Program-made: the position numbers and the translations under genes
Shown here: positions 8,745 through 18,844 of the stretch, one piece after another
Position numbering within the stretch: position 1 is the first letter of the stretch
Layout: every line of letters starts with the position of its first letter
The notes under the pieces: generated by a model
What the model was told of the DNA's origin: nothing
Seen by the model: the letters and a program-made list of their open reading frames with translations, nothing else
Database searches by the model: none
DNA from: a virus
Taxonomy: Duplodnaviria; Heunggongvirae; Uroviricota; Caudoviricetes
Strand: one strand, 5' to 3'
DNA: 25,633 nucleotides
IMG/VR virus record: IMGVR_UViG_2778261217_000004
Location: 1 to 25,633 of that record

Positions 8745-9290
8745 ATGACTATGCAACCACTTACATACCAACAGACTAGCGGATTTAGCCCGACTGCGGT
8801 GATAAATCGTTCTCAAACAAAACAAGCTCCAGGCCACGAAAAAATCCGTGATGCCGTCCGCGCCTGGTCGGCTGCAGATAATCAGGATGTTGTTGCCGCA
8901 CTCATTGTGAATGAGTATCGGGAGCAGGGCGGCGGCACCATCGATTTCCCTGATGATGTCAGCCGTGCACGCCAGAAGCTGTTCCGCTTCCTCGATAACA
9001 AATTCGATTCTGAAAAATACCGAAATAACGTGCGTGAACTGACCCCGGCAATTCTGGCGGTACTACCGCTGGAATATCGCGGTTACCTGGTTGAGCAGGA
9101 TAGCTTTATGGCTAGGTTGGCTGAAATGGAAAAGGAACTCAGTGAGGCAAAACAGGCTGTCATTCTCAACGCACCACGCCACCAGAAACTGAAGGAGATG
9201 AGTGAAGGCATTGTGTCGATGTTTCGAGTGGACCCGGATCTGGCTGGTCCATTGATGGCGATGGTCACCACCATGCTGGGGGCAATATGA
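8745..9290 (+). CDS. YdaT-family protein in the cII position
   Basis: 181 aa; NEYREQGGG and LTPAILAVLPLEYR resemble Rac YdaT; directly after cro. Confidence 0.7.
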   Translation: MTMQPLTYQQTSGFSPTAVINRSQTKQAPGHEKIRDAVRAWSAADNQDVVAALIVNEYREQGGGTIDFPDDVSRARQKLFRFLDNKFDSEKYRNNVRELTPAILAVLPLEYRGYLVEQDSFMARLAEMEKELSEAKQAVILNAPRHQKLKEMSEGIVSMFRVDPDLAGPLMAMVTTMLGAI

Positions 9291-9376
9291 CAGGTTCAAA
9301 AATGGCGAAAGTCGGTCTGCGGGAACAGAACCGACTTTCAGGTGCAAATCGTAACACACTCATTGCGGGAGGAATT

Positions 9377-10306
9377 ATGGCAAACACTGCTGAGATATTC
9401 AATTTTCCAGTGCCGGATGCGGCACAAAAGGAGCCGCGCGTGGCAGATCTCGATGATGGTTATACGCGCATTGCAAATGAGTTGCTGGAAGCTGTGATGC
9501 TGGCCGGATTAACACAGCACCAGCTTCTGGTCTTCCTGGCTGTCATGCGCAAAACATATGGCTTTAATAAAAAACTGGATTGGGTGAGCAACGAGCAACT
9601 TTCCGAGTTGACCGGGATATTGCCGCACAAGTGTTCTGCTGCAAAAAGTGTTCTGGTAAAGCGTGGGATTTTTATTCAGAGCGGGCGGAATATCGGCATC
9701 AATAATGTGGTCAGTGAATGGTCAACATTACCCGAATCGGGTAAGAAAAATAAAGTTTACCTGAAAGAGGTAAATTTACCTGAATCAGGTAAGAAAAGTT
9801 TACCTAAATCAGGTAAAGGCGTTTACCCGAATCAGGTAAACACAAAAGACAAACTAACAAAAGACAATATAAAACCTTTATCGTCCGAGAATTCTGGCGA
9901 ATCCTCTGACCAGCCAGAAAACGATCTTCCTGTGGTGAAACCGGATGCTGCAATTCAGAGCGGCAGCAAGTGGGGGACAGCAGAAGACCTGACCGCCGCA
10001 GAGTGGATGTTTGACATGGTGAAGACCATCGCGCCATCAGCCAGAAAACCGAATTTTGCAGGGTGGGCTAACGATATCCGCCTGATGCGTGAACGTGATG
10101 GACGTAACCACCGCGACATGTGCGTGCTGTTCCGCTGGGCATGCCAGGACAACTTCTGGTCCGGTAACGTGCTGAGTCCGGCTAAACTCCGCGACAAGTG
10201 GACCCAGCTCGAAATCAACCGTAACAAGCAACAGGCTGGCGTGACAGCCAGAAAACCAAAACTCGACCTGACAAACACTGACTGGATTTACGGGGTGGAT
10301 TTATGA
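9377..10306 (+). CDS. O: Replication initiator O
   Basis: Homologous to lambda O (VADLDDGY..., LRKTYGWNK-like, EQVNTKDKLTKDNI); GGAGG RBS before ATG 9377; iterons inside the gene; open frame extends to 9287. Confidence 0.9.
   Translation: MANTAEIFNFPVPDAAQKEPRVADLDDGYTRIANELLEAVMLAGLTQHQLLVFLAVMRKTYGFNKKLDWVSNEQLSELTGILPHKCSAAKSVLVKRGIFIQSGRNIGINNVVSEWSTLPESGKKNKVYLKEVNLPESGKKSLPKSGKGVYPNQVNTKDKLTKDNIKPLSSENSGESSDQPENDLPVVKPDAAIQSGSKWGTAEDLTAAEWMFDMVKTIAPSARKPNFAGWANDIRLMRERDGRNHRDMCVLFRWACQDNFWSGNVLSPAKLRDKWTQLEINRNKQQAGVTARKPKLDLTNTDWIYGVDL
9729..9840. repeat. Replication origin iterons (five copies) within O
   Basis: Five ~18-19 bp repeats of TTACCTGAATCAGGTAA-type sequence at 9729-9746, 9756-9774, 9776-9794, 9800-9818, 9822-9840, followed by an A-rich stretch 9841-9875. 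Confidence 0.85.
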
Positions 10307-11004
10307 AAAACATCGCCGCACAGATGGTTAACTTTGACCGTGAGCAGATGCGTCGGATCGCCAACAACATGCCGGAACAGTACGACGAAAAGCCGCAGGT
10401 ACAGCAGGTAGCGCAGATCATCAACGGTGTGTTCAGCCAGTTACTGGCAACTTTCCCGGCGAGCCTGGCTAACCGTGACCAGAATGAACTGAACGAAATC
10501 CGCCGCCAGTGGGTTCTGGCTTTCCGGGAAAACGGGATCACCACAATGGAACAGGTTAACGCAGGAATGCGCGTAGCCCGTCGGCAGAATCGACCATTCC
10601 TGCCATCACCCGGGCAGTTTGTCGCCTGGTGCCGGGAAGAAGCATCCGTTAACGCCGGGCTGCCAAACGTCAGCGAGCTGGTTGATATGGTTTACGAGTA
10701 TTGCCGGAAGCGCGGGCTGTATCCGGATGCAGAGTCTTATCCGTGGAAATCAAACGCGCACTACTGGCTGGTTACCAACCTGTATCAGAACATGCGGGCC
10801 AATGCGCTGACTGACGCGGAATTACGGCGCAAGGCTGCCGATGAACTGACCTGTATGACAGCGCGAATTAACCGTGGTGAGACGATACCTGAACCAGTAA
10901 AACAACTTCCTGTTATGGGCGGTAGACCTCTAAATCGTGCACAGGCTCTGGCGAAGATCGCAGAAATTAAAGCTAAGTTCGGACTGAAAGGAGCAAGTGT
11001 ATGA
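10303..11004 (+). CDS. P: Replication protein P (helicase loader)
   Basis: 233 aa, near-identical to lambda P; ATGA overlap with O stop. Confidence 0.97.
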   Translation: MKNIAAQMVNFDREQMRRIANNMPEQYDEKPQVQQVAQIINGVFSQLLATFPASLANRDQNELNEIRRQWVLAFRENGITTMEQVNAGMRVARRQNRPFLPSPGQFVAWCREEASVNAGLPNVSELVDMVYEYCRKRGLYPDAESYPWKSNAHYWLVTNLYQNMRANALTDAELRRKAADELTCMTARINRGETIPEPVKQLPVMGGRPLNRAQALAKIAEIKAKFGLKGASV

Positions 11005-11303
11005 CGGGCAAAGAGGCAATTATTCATTACCTGGGGACTCATAAGAAATTCTGTGCGCAGGACGTTGCCGCGGTAACAGGCGCAACGGTAACCAGCATAA
11101 ATCAGGCTGCGGCTAAAATGGCGCGGGCAGGAATCCTGGTCGTTGATGGTAAGGTCTGGCGAACGGTGTATTATCGGTTCGCTACCAGAGAAGAACGGGA
11201 AGGAAAGGTGAGCACGAATTTGATTTTTAAGGAGTGTCGCCAGAGTGCCGCGATGAAACGGGTATTGAGGGTATATAAAAGAACATCAATGGGTACACAA
11301 TGA
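11001..11303 (+). CDS. ren: Ren protein
   Basis: MTGKEAIIHYLGTH...VTSINQAAAKMARAG... matches lambda Ren; overlaps P stop. Confidence 0.9.
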   Translation: MTGKEAIIHYLGTHKKFCAQDVAAVTGATVTSINQAAAKMARAGILVVDGKVWRTVYYRFATREEREGKVSTNLIFKECRQSAAMKRVLRVYKRTSMGTQ

Positions 11304-11370
11304 TGAAACAGGTGAGTTGAGTTCAAACTGTAGTACAATTCTCTCCAGTTTGAACAGGAAAGAATATGCT

Positions 11371-11703
11371 ATGAACCCTTATATTTATCTTGGTGGTGCA
11401 ATACTTGCAGAGGTCATTGGTACAACCTTAATGAAGTTTTCAGAAGGTTTTACACGATTATGGCCATCTGTTGGTACAATTATTTGTTATTGTGCATCAT
11501 TCTGGTTATTAGCTCAGACGCTGGCTTATATTCCTACAGGGATTGCTTATGCTATCTGGTCAGGAGTCGGTATTGTCCTGATTAGTTTACTGTCATGGGG
11601 ATTTTTCGGCCAACGGCTGGACCTGCCAGCCATTATAGGCATGATGTTGATTTGTGCCGGTGTGTTGGTTATTAATTTATTGTCACGAAGCACACCACAT
11701 TAA
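11371..11703 (+). CDS. emrE: SMR-family multidrug efflux transporter EmrE
   Basis: 110 aa from MNPYIYLGGAILAEVIGTTLMKFSEGF..., matching E. coli EmrE; track ORF starts further upstream at 11317. Confidence 0.93.
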   Translation: MNPYIYLGGAILAEVIGTTLMKFSEGFTRLWPSVGTIICYCASFWLLAQTLAYIPTGIAYAIWSGVGIVLISLLSWGFFGQRLDLPAIIGMMLICAGVLVINLLSRSTPH

Positions 11704-11733
11704 AATAATTTGTTTCTAAACGACTAAAATATG

Positions 11734-11770
11734 GAGGCTCTTATATTTATATGAGCCTCGTTTTATGCTT
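11734..11770 (+). terminator. Intrinsic terminator after emrE
   Basis: Hairpin GAGGCTC-(12 nt loop)-GAGCCTC followed by GTTTTATGCTTTTTG. Confidence 0.6.
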
Positions 11771-11957
11771 TTTGTTAATGTCTTTATTTTTTATGTATTC
11801 TTTTGTGCTTTCAAGATTATGGCGTAAGAAAATTGCAATACGATTATTGTTGTATATTCAAGATAATGTGACCTTAATTGTCTTTTTAAATAAAAATTAA
11901 ACAAAAATTATATCCCACCACTAAGGTTTATAAAAGCATACGTTAGCAGGTGTCACC

Positions 11958-13484
11958 ATGAAAAAAGCCATAGCATATATGCGATTTTCATCACCAGGTC
12001 AGATGTCTGGTGACTCATTAAACCGACAGAGAAGACTTATTGCTGAATGGTTAAAGGTAAATAGTGATTATTATCTTGATACCATAACATATGAAGATTT
12101 AGGATTAAGTGCATTCAAAGGAAAGCATGCACAATCAGGAGCTTTTTCGGAATTTTTAGATGCTATAGAGCATGGTTATATATTGCCAGGAACTACATTG
12201 TTAGTTGAAAGTCTGGACAGACTTTCAAGAGAAAAAGTCGGTGAAGCGATTGAACGTCTGAAATTGATTTTGAATCACGGTATTGATGTTATAACTCTTT
12301 GCGACAATACAGTCTATAATATTGACTCTTTGAATGAGCCATATTCATTAATAAAAGCCATACTTATAGCACAAAGGGCAAATGAAGAAAGCGAGATAAA
12401 GTCAAGTCGGGTTAAATTATCATGGAAGAAAAAACGGCAGGATGCACTGGAATCAGGTACGATTATGACGGCGTCTTGTCCGAGATGGCTCTCCTTAGAT
12501 GACAAAAGAACGGCTTTTGTTCCAGACCCCGACAGGGTGAAAACTATTGAGCTAATTTTTAAACTCAGGATGGAAAGGCGCTCATTGAATGCAATAGCCA
12601 AGTATTTAAATGATCATGCTGTAAAGAATTTCTCAGGAAAAGAAAGTGCATGGGGACCTTCTGTAATTGAAAAATTATTAGCGAATAAAGCTCTGATAGG
12701 TATATGCGTACCTTCATATCGTGCAAGAGGGAAAGGGATAAGTGAAATCGCTGGCTATTATCCCAGAGTCATATCAGATGATTTGTTTTACGCTGTACAG
12801 GAAATTCGGTTGGCACCTTTTGGTATTAGCAATAGTAGCAAGAATCCTATGCTAATAAATCTACTTCGAACAGTTATGAAGTGTGAGGCTTGTGGTAATA
12901 CCATGATTGTTCATGCGGTATCTGGAAGTTTGCATGGCTATTATGTTTGTCCAATGAGAAGATTACATCGATGTGACAGGCCATCAATAAAAAGAGATTT
13001 GGTTGATTATAATATCATTAATGAATTGCTTTTTAATTGTAGCAAAATTCAACCAGTTGAAAACAAGAAAGATGCTAATGAAACTTTAGAGTTAAAAATT
13101 ATTGAGCTTCAGATGAAAATTAATAATTTAATCGTTGCATTGTCTGTCGCGCCTGAAGTTACCGCTATAGCAGAGAAAATAAGACTATTAGATAAGGAAT
13201 TACGAAGGGCTTCGGTATCATTGAAAACTTTGAAGAGTAAAGGTGTAAATTCATTCAGTGATTTTTATGCTATTGACTTAACCAGTAAAAATGGACGAGA
13301 GTTATGCCGTACACTTGCCTATAAAACATTCGAAAAAATCATAATTAATACGGATAATAAAACCTGTGATATCTATTTTATGAATGGCATTGTTTTTAAA
13401 CACTATCCTTTAATGAAAGTAATATCCGCCCAGCAGGCGATAAGTGCTCTCAAATATATGGTTGATGGTGAGGTTTATTTTTGA
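11958..13484 (+). CDS. ybcK: Serine recombinase (resolvase/invertase-type catalytic domain, large C-terminal extension)
   Basis: 508 aa; N-terminal AIAYMRFSSPGQ catalytic-serine region; AT-rich gene; AGGTG RBS. Confidence 0.8.
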   Translation: MKKAIAYMRFSSPGQMSGDSLNRQRRLIAEWLKVNSDYYLDTITYEDLGLSAFKGKHAQSGAFSEFLDAIEHGYILPGTTLLVESLDRLSREKVGEAIERLKLILNHGIDVITLCDNTVYNIDSLNEPYSLIKAILIAQRANEESEIKSSRVKLSWKKKRQDALESGTIMTASCPRWLSLDDKRTAFVPDPDRVKTIELIFKLRMERRSLNAIAKYLNDHAVKNFSGKESAWGPSVIEKLLANKALIGICVPSYRARGKGISEIAGYYPRVISDDLFYAVQEIRLAPFGISNSSKNPMLINLLRTVMKCEACGNTMIVHAVSGSLHGYYVCPMRRLHRCDRPSIKRDLVDYNIINELLFNCSKIQPVENKKDANETLELKIIELQMKINNLIVALSVAPEVTAIAEKIRLLDKELRRASVSLKTLKSKGVNSFSDFYAIDLTSKNGRELCRTLAYKTFEKIIINTDNKTCDIYFMNGIVFKHYPLMKVISAQQAISALKYMVDGEVYF

Positions 13485-14005
13485 GTAATAATCACTTTTT
13501 CAACCGTGCTATGGTATGAAAGTAAAGTAACTACTATGATATTAACTATCTTGAACGAAGCGCCCTGAGCTATGGTTTTGCTATAGGGACTGCCAATGGG
13601 GGCTGGCATTCTCGCTCCAGTAGTTCAATAATACTCAATCACAAAACAATTCACTGATAACAAACTTTGCACACTTGCTTGGTTATGGCGAGCAAGTGAT
13701 GTGATGTTAACCGTCTGCCAGAACATTACTTCACTTCTTCAAGTGGCGGAACATTGCGAATCCGGTAACTTTGCTTCCATCGAGCAAGAATATCCCTAGG
13801 TACTCAACAGGGTGCAGGTCAACGTGAATCGGTCATGACACGACACCGATTTTGCGGAATGTTTCGAAGGTAAACTATTGGATGCCTCTATCAGCAACAA
13901 CACAGCAAGATCAGAAGTGATGGACGACACGTTCAGAGCAATGATTCAGCGCGTCGAGGATGCGAAAGGAAAACTGTAACCACAGAGAAAGAGCTTGTTT
14001 CATGT

Positions 14006-14278
14006 GTGAAGGAGCGCAGTAACAGGACATTTGAAGCCCGTTACTACGTTCAAAACAGCAATCTACAAACTGTGCTCGAACAGGGAATGGTGATAAGCAG
14101 AGACGCGTTAGAAAACTATGAAGCTGGAAATCTGATATCCGACATCCTGCCACAGCAATCACCTGAAGATGCGGTACTAAAAATGGTTGACTGTCTCAAG
14201 CGCCTTGGAGCTGCTACCGAAGCTAATTTTAAAAACAATAAGGATGAAAATGTGGATCCCGAAAACTACGTTGTGTAA
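14006..14278 (+). CDS. Hypothetical small protein (possibly a gene remnant)
   Basis: 90-codon frame with a GTG start and no convincing RBS; overlaps an antisense ORF. Confidence 0.25.
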   Translation: MKERSNRTFEARYYVQNSNLQTVLEQGMVISRDALENYEAGNLISDILPQQSPEDAVLKMVDCLKRLGAATEANFKNNKDENVDPENYVV

Positions 14279-14422
14279 CGTAAGGTTAAATGAGGCTATT
14301 AAATGTTGTGATATCAATAGATATATATAGAGTAATTTTCGTTATAATTAACTGTTCTGGGATATCGGACTATGATGGTCTCCAGAATTGAGAATATTTA
14401 TCAACTTAATGATAGAGGGACT

Positions 14423-14689
14423 ATGAAAATTTACAGCCTTGGTGAAGAGACAATCAATAGCATTATTGAAGAAGATAAAAAATTGTCTGAGCAGGTGCAG
14501 ATTATTGAAGATTATATCGTTATCAATGTTGCTTATGAATACAACATCCCGCTTAGTACATGTTCAACACATCAGCAAATTTTGAACTGGGTGTGGCACT
14601 TAACTGAAAAAACATGGATGACACAAAATGTTACTCGTCGCTTCATTGAAGTAGCTTGTGGATATCACAAGCTAGACTATCGCCAATGA
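14423..14689 (+). CDS. Hypothetical protein (88 aa)
   Basis: ATG at 14423 preceded by GAGGG RBS; track ORF starts at 14372; no family recognised. Confidence 0.45.
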   Translation: MKIYSLGEETINSIIEEDKKLSEQVQIIEDYIVINVAYEYNIPLSTCSTHQQILNWVWHLTEKTWMTQNVTRRFIEVACGYHKLDYRQ

Positions 14690-14879
14690 TATTCAATTTT
14701 TGATTTTTTAGTATCAACCTTCCATAATAATGTCACCGGAGCTTGAACAACTCCGGTGACTTCTGCGCATTTAAGGGGACTTAAATGCGACCACAATCTG
14801 AACTCCTTACCTTGTCACAGATGCAGAAATGCACCTGCGATGTCTTGCATCCAGCGTTTGATCTCTGCGGAGGTGAAGC

Positions 14880-15335
14880 GTGAACCTCCCACAAGATGGC
14901 ATCAAATTACATCGCGGTAACTTCACCGCTGTCGGTCAGCAGATCCAGACTTATCTGGAAGACGGCAAATGCTTTCGCATGGTGCTTAAACCGTGGCGCG
15001 AGAGACGCAGTCTTTCCCAGAATGCACTCAGCCACATGTGGTACAGCGAAATCAGCGAGTACCTCATCAGCAGGGGGAAAACGTTCGCTACTGCAGTATG
15101 GGTAAAAGATGCACTCAAACACACATACCTCGGTTATGAAACCAAGGACTTGGTTGATGTCGTAACCGGCGAAATCACTACTATCCAGTCGTTACGCCAT
15201 ACCTCCGATCTTGATACCGGAGAGATGTATGTCTTCCTGTGTAAGGTTGAAGCCTGGGCGATGAATATTGGCTGCCACCTGACTATTCCGCAGAGCTGCG
15301 AGTTCCAGCTGCTGCGCGACAAGCAGGAGGCGTAA
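14880..15335 (+). CDS. ybcN: NinB-family recombination protein
   Basis: 151 aa; [12 protein letters not shown] resembles the NinB core; GGAGG RBS before GTG start; position in nin region. Confidence 0.8.
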   Translation: MNLPQDGIKLHRGNFTAVGQQIQTYLEDGKCFRMVLKPWRERRSLSQNALSHMWYSEISEYLISRGKTFATAVWVKDALKHTYLGYETKDLVDVVTGEITTIQSLRHTSDLDTGEMYVFLCKVEAWAMNIGCHLTIPQSCEFQLLRDKQEA

Positions 15336-15505
15336 TGGCTACACCGCTTATTCGTGTCATGAACGGGCACATTTACAGAGTACCAAATCGTCGTAAGCGT
15401 AAACCTGAGCTGAAGCCTTCCGAAATACCAACACTGCTCGGATATACCGCCAGCCTGGTTGATAAAAAATGGTTGCGACTGGCAGCAAGGAGGAATCATG
15501 GCTGA
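15335..15505 (+). CDS. ninE: NinE-family small protein
   Basis: 56-aa ORF (not in ORF track) [56 protein letters not shown]; TAATG overlap with ninB stop. Confidence 0.65.
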   Translation: MATPLIRVMNGHIYRVPNRRKRKPELKPSEIPTLLGYTASLVDKKWLRLAARRNHG

Positions 15506-15788
15506 TTTGAGAAAAGCAGCGCGTGGTCGGGAATGCCAGGTAAGAATCATTGGCGTATGTAATGGCAACCCTGAAACGTCTGTACTGGCACATATCCGGC
15601 TGGCTGGATTGTGCGGCACCGGTATTAAACCGCCAGACCTTATTGCCACCATTGCCTGTTCTGCCTGTCACGACGAAATCGACCGCCGCACGCATTTTGT
15701 CGATGCTGAGTACGCAAAAGAATGCGCGCTGGAAGGTATGGCGAGAACGCAGGTTATCTGGCTGAAAGAGGGGGTAATCAAGGCGTGA
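15498..15788 (+). CDS. ybcO: YbcO-family phage nuclease (DUF1364-like)
   Basis: 96 aa from [17 protein letters not shown]...; AGGAGG RBS; overlaps ninE stop. Confidence 0.85.
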   Translation: MADLRKAARGRECQVRIIGVCNGNPETSVLAHIRLAGLCGTGIKPPDLIATIACSACHDEIDRRTHFVDAEYAKECALEGMARTQVIWLKEGVIKA

Positions 15789-16147
15789 ATACTTACCACA
15801 TCACACTACCCTGGCCGCCGAGCAATAACCGCTACTACCGGCATAATCGCGGGCGCACGCACATCAGCGCAGAAGGGCAGGCATACCGTGATAACGTCGC
15901 CCGAATCATTAAAGGCTCAATGCTGGATATCGGCCTGGCTATTCCTGTGAAAATCCGCATAGAGTGCCACATGCCGGATCGCCGTCGCCGTGACCTGGAT
16001 AATCTGCAAAAAGCCGCTTTTGACGCACTCACTAAAGCAGGTTTCTGGCTTGATGATGAGCTGGTCGTTGATTACCGCGTTGTGAAGATGCCTGTTACCA
16101 AAGGTGGGAAGCTGGAACTGACCATCACTGAACTGGGAGATGAATGA
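15785..16147 (+). CDS. rusA: Holliday junction resolvase RusA
   Basis: 120 aa from GTG ([26 protein letters not shown]...), matching RusA; GTGA overlap with ybcO stop. Confidence 0.93.
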   Translation: MNTYHITLPWPPSNNRYYRHNRGRTHISAEGQAYRDNVARIIKGSMLDIGLAIPVKIRIECHMPDRRRRDLDNLQKAAFDALTKAGFWLDDELVVDYRVVKMPVTKGGKLELTITELGDE

Positions 16148-16284
16148 TGTTTGAGTCTTATATGGCAGAACGTCTTCGCCGCCGCTGGGTGCGCCTGCGC
16201 TTATATCGTTTCCCCGGTTCTGTTTTGACCGATTACCGAATACTGAAGAATTACGCCAAAACCCTGACAGGAGCAGGAGTATGA
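16144..16284 (+). CDS. ylcG: YlcG-family small protein
   Basis: 46-aa ORF (not in track) [46 protein letters not shown]; ATGA overlap with rusA stop. Confidence 0.7.
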   Translation: MMFESYMAERLRRRWVRLRLYRFPGSVLTDYRILKNYAKTLTGAGV

Positions 16285-16369
16285 AGTCAGAGATAACAAT
16301 CAACTAATACTGTTTTGTTGATTTTTGCTTGTAATTGGCGTTCTGGTCTGATTTTTGTGGAGTAAGTTG

Positions 16370-16753
16370 ATGCGTGATATTCAGATGGTTCTTGAGCGTT
16401 GGGGAGCGTGGGCGGCTAATAATCATGAAGATGTGACCTGGTCGTCCATTGCCGCCGGTTTTAAGGGATTAATTCCTTCAAAAGTAAAATCTCGCCCGCA
16501 ATGTTGTGACGATGACGCGATGATCATTTGCGGGTGCATGGCCCGTCTGAAAAAGAACAACAGCGATTTGCACGATTTATTAGTAGATTATTATGTAGTC
16601 GGTATGACATTCATGTCACTGGCAGGTAAGCATTGCTGCTCTGATGGTTATATCGGGAAAAGGTTACAGAAGGCTGAGGGTATAATTGAAGGGATGTTAA
16701 TGGCATTAGATATCCGGTTAGAGATGGATGTCGTTGTTAATAACTCTAATTAA
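16370..16753 (+). CDS. quuD: Late-gene antiterminator Q (phage 82 type)
   Basis: 127 aa from [21 protein letters not shown]...; GGAG RBS 7 nt upstream; position after the nin region. Confidence 0.9.
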   Translation: MRDIQMVLERWGAWAANNHEDVTWSSIAAGFKGLIPSKVKSRPQCCDDDAMIICGCMARLKKNNSDLHDLLVDYYVVGMTFMSLAGKHCCSDGYIGKRLQKAEGIIEGMLMALDIRLEMDVVVNNSN

Positions 16754-16942
16754 TATGCCAATTGTTTACTAAAAGTTATTAAAAACGGGGCGTTGCAACG
16801 CCCCCAAAAATAAAGGGTAATATATAACAGAAGGTTTATATAGTTAGAAGCAAGGTTGTGCTCCTAAAGGAAGTGGCTTGAGGGAGCCACTTATATGTTG
16901 GGGAGGCAAAGCCTCCCGCAACATATCTTTTTCGTAATCAGA
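16754..16942. promoter_or_regulatory. Late promoter / terminator region between Q and the convergent porin gene
   Basis: Three hairpins: GGGGCGTTGCAACGCCCC (16787-16804, T-rich on minus strand), GTGGCTTGAGGGAGCCAC (16872-16889), GGGAGGCAAAGCCTCCC (16901-16917). Confidence 0.5.
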
Positions 16943-18040
16943 TTAGAACTGGTAAACCAGACCTACAGCAACGATGTCATCAGTGCTTACACCGAGTGCT
17001 TTAGTGAAGTCATTTTTGTCAAGCAGGTTGATTTTGTAATCAACGAAAGTAGACATATTTTTGTTGAAGTAATAGGTTGCACCTACATCAACATATTTGA
17101 CTAAGTCCTGATCGCCCCATACTCCAAGATCCTTACCTTTAGATTGCAGGTAAGCAACGGACGGACGCAGACCGAAATCGAACTGATATTGTGCAACAGC
17201 TTCGAAGTTTTGAGCTTTATTAGCAACGAAGTGATCAGCAAATACAGTCATATTCTGGGTTTCAGAATAGGTAGTGGCCAGGTAAATGTTGTTAGCGTCA
17301 TATTTCAGACCTGCGGCCCAAACTTCTGCATTTTTACCGGAAGCAAATACTTCAGGAAGAACTTTCCCTGCATTAACTTGAGTGTCGGTACGATCAGATT
17401 TCGCATAAGTTGCACCGATACCGAATCCTTCGTATTCATAGGTAGCAGAGAAACCGAAGCCATCACCGTTACCTTCAGTGTAGTTATCGAAATCGCTACG
17501 ATCGTTTTTGCCTTGGTACTGAGCAGCAAAGTTCAGACCATCAACCAGACCAAAGAAGTCGTTGTTACGATAGGTTGCAACACCAGTGGTGCGACCAGTC
17601 ATGAACACATCTGTTTGAGTCCAGGTATCGCCACCGAATTCTGGCAGAACGTCAGTCCACGCACCGATGTCGTATGCTACACCGTAGTTACGGCCGTAAT
17701 CGATTGAGCCGTAGTCACCGAATTTCAGGCCTGCAAATGCAAGACGGGTTTTGTCTTTGGAGGAACCTTGAGATTCAGCGCGGTTGCCTTTGAATTCATA
17801 TTCCCACTGACCGAAACCAGTCAGCTGATCGTTGATTTGGGTTTCGCCTTTGAAGCCCAGACGAACATAAGTAGTATCACCATCATCTGCATCGTTAGAG
17901 GAAAAGTAGTGCTTGGCATTAACTTTCCCGTACAGATCCAGCTTGTTACTGTCTTTATTATAAATTTCAGCTGCCTGAGCAGACATCGCCATCAGTACTG
18001 ATGCAGCTACAGCAGAAATTGCCACTGTTAATTTTTTCAT
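16943..18040 (-). CDS. nmpC: Outer-membrane porin (OmpC/NmpC family), intact
   Basis: 365 aa with signal peptide [23 protein letters not shown] and C-terminal VGLVYQF; uninterrupted reading frame. Confidence 0.93.
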   Translation of the reverse strand: MKKLTVAISAVAASVLMAMSAQAAEIYNKDSNKLDLYGKVNAKHYFSSNDADDGDTTYVRLGFKGETQINDQLTGFGQWEYEFKGNRAESQGSSKDKTRLAFAGLKFGDYGSIDYGRNYGVAYDIGAWTDVLPEFGGDTWTQTDVFMTGRTTGVATYRNNDFFGLVDGLNFAAQYQGKNDRSDFDNYTEGNGDGFGFSATYEYEGFGIGATYAKSDRTDTQVNAGKVLPEVFASGKNAEVWAAGLKYDANNIYLATTYSETQNMTVFADHFVANKAQNFEAVAQYQFDFGLRPSVAYLQSKGKDLGVWGDQDLVKYVDVGATYYFNKNMSTFVDYKINLLDKNDFTKALGVSTDDIVAVGLVYQF

Positions 18041-18628
18041 CGTGAGCCCTTTTTTTTGAACTATTATTAAAAAATGATGTCACTGCGAGATAAATATTCA
18101 TCTAATCAATGTGATTATTTCAAGATGTAAGTTTTAGTTTCTCATTTAATTTGTGAAGTAGATCTCTATTTTTATCTTAACTTTTTCTATCAAAACCTAT
18201 TTATGGCTCTTATTTGAACAAAAATAAACCTATTAGCTAATTTATATTAATGGCTGTTATTTATGTGGGTTCTATAATTTGACGGTTTAATTTAAACCAA
18301 CTAAAAATAACGCAGGAAATTATTTATTGGTTATTTGTTGAGGTTTTCTTATGTATTTGTGGTGGTGTTTTGAACACTCGGTAGCATTCTCATAAATATC
18401 ATTCAGTGGTTTACGTACGTAAAAAATTGGTTATGCTGTTAAGAGTGGTTACTTCGTCACACAGCTTAAACCCGCCGTCGAGCTGGTTTTTCCATTTTTT
18501 GAGTCTCGATATTAGCTGATAACTCAATACCTAAGTTATTCACTGACTCCGAGTCTGTTACGTTTCTGCTTTTTTGCGATACGTTGTATTCCCTCAATTT
18601 ACACCCGCTTTGTCTGCGAGGTGGGGTT

Positions 18629-18844
18629 ATGAAATCCATGGATAAGTTAACAACGGGTGTCGCCTATGGCACCTCAGCAGGTAGTGCCGGTTACTGGTTT
18701 TTACAGCTGCTCGATAAAGTCACGCCCTCACAGTGGGCAGCAATAGGTGTGCTGGGTAGCCTGGTATTTGGCCTGCTGACGTACCTGACAAACCTTTATT
18801 TCAAGATTAAAGAAGATAAGCGCAAGGCTGCGAGAGGTGAATAA
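18629..18844 (+). CDS. essD: Class II holin (phage 21 S-like), dual start MKSMDK
   Basis: 71 aa [26 protein letters not shown]...; GAGGTGGGG RBS. Confidence 0.9.

Noticed and set aside
9729-9840. Tandem repeats considered as a possible CRISPR array
   Set aside because: Only five short repeats with essentially no unique spacers, located inside the O coding sequence and followed by an A-rich tract; this is an iteron origin, not CRISPR. No cas genes in the window.
9063-10544. Minus-strand ORFs across the YdaT-like, O and P genes (9063-9359, 9083-9274, 9804-10037, 9955-10278, 10037-10231, 10215-10544)
   Set aside because: Antisense to confidently assigned replication genes; the 9804-10037 frame is created by the iteron repeats.
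13911-14162. Minus-strand 83-aa ORF 13911-14162
   Set aside because: Overlaps the plus-strand 14006-14278 frame and has no RBS or recognisable features; both are weak, and the plus-strand frame is kept only at low confidence.
15134-16303. Minus-strand ORFs across ninE, ybcO, rusA and ylcG (15134-15652, 15357-15695, 15835-16032, 15917-16303)
   Set aside because: Antisense to a tightly packed, overlap-coupled series of known nin-region genes.
16895-18001. Plus-strand ORFs inside the porin gene (16895-17104, 17144-17707, 17768-18001) and minus-strand ORF 17305-17529
   Set aside because: Shadow frames of a complete porin with signal peptide; long open antisense frames are common in such genes.
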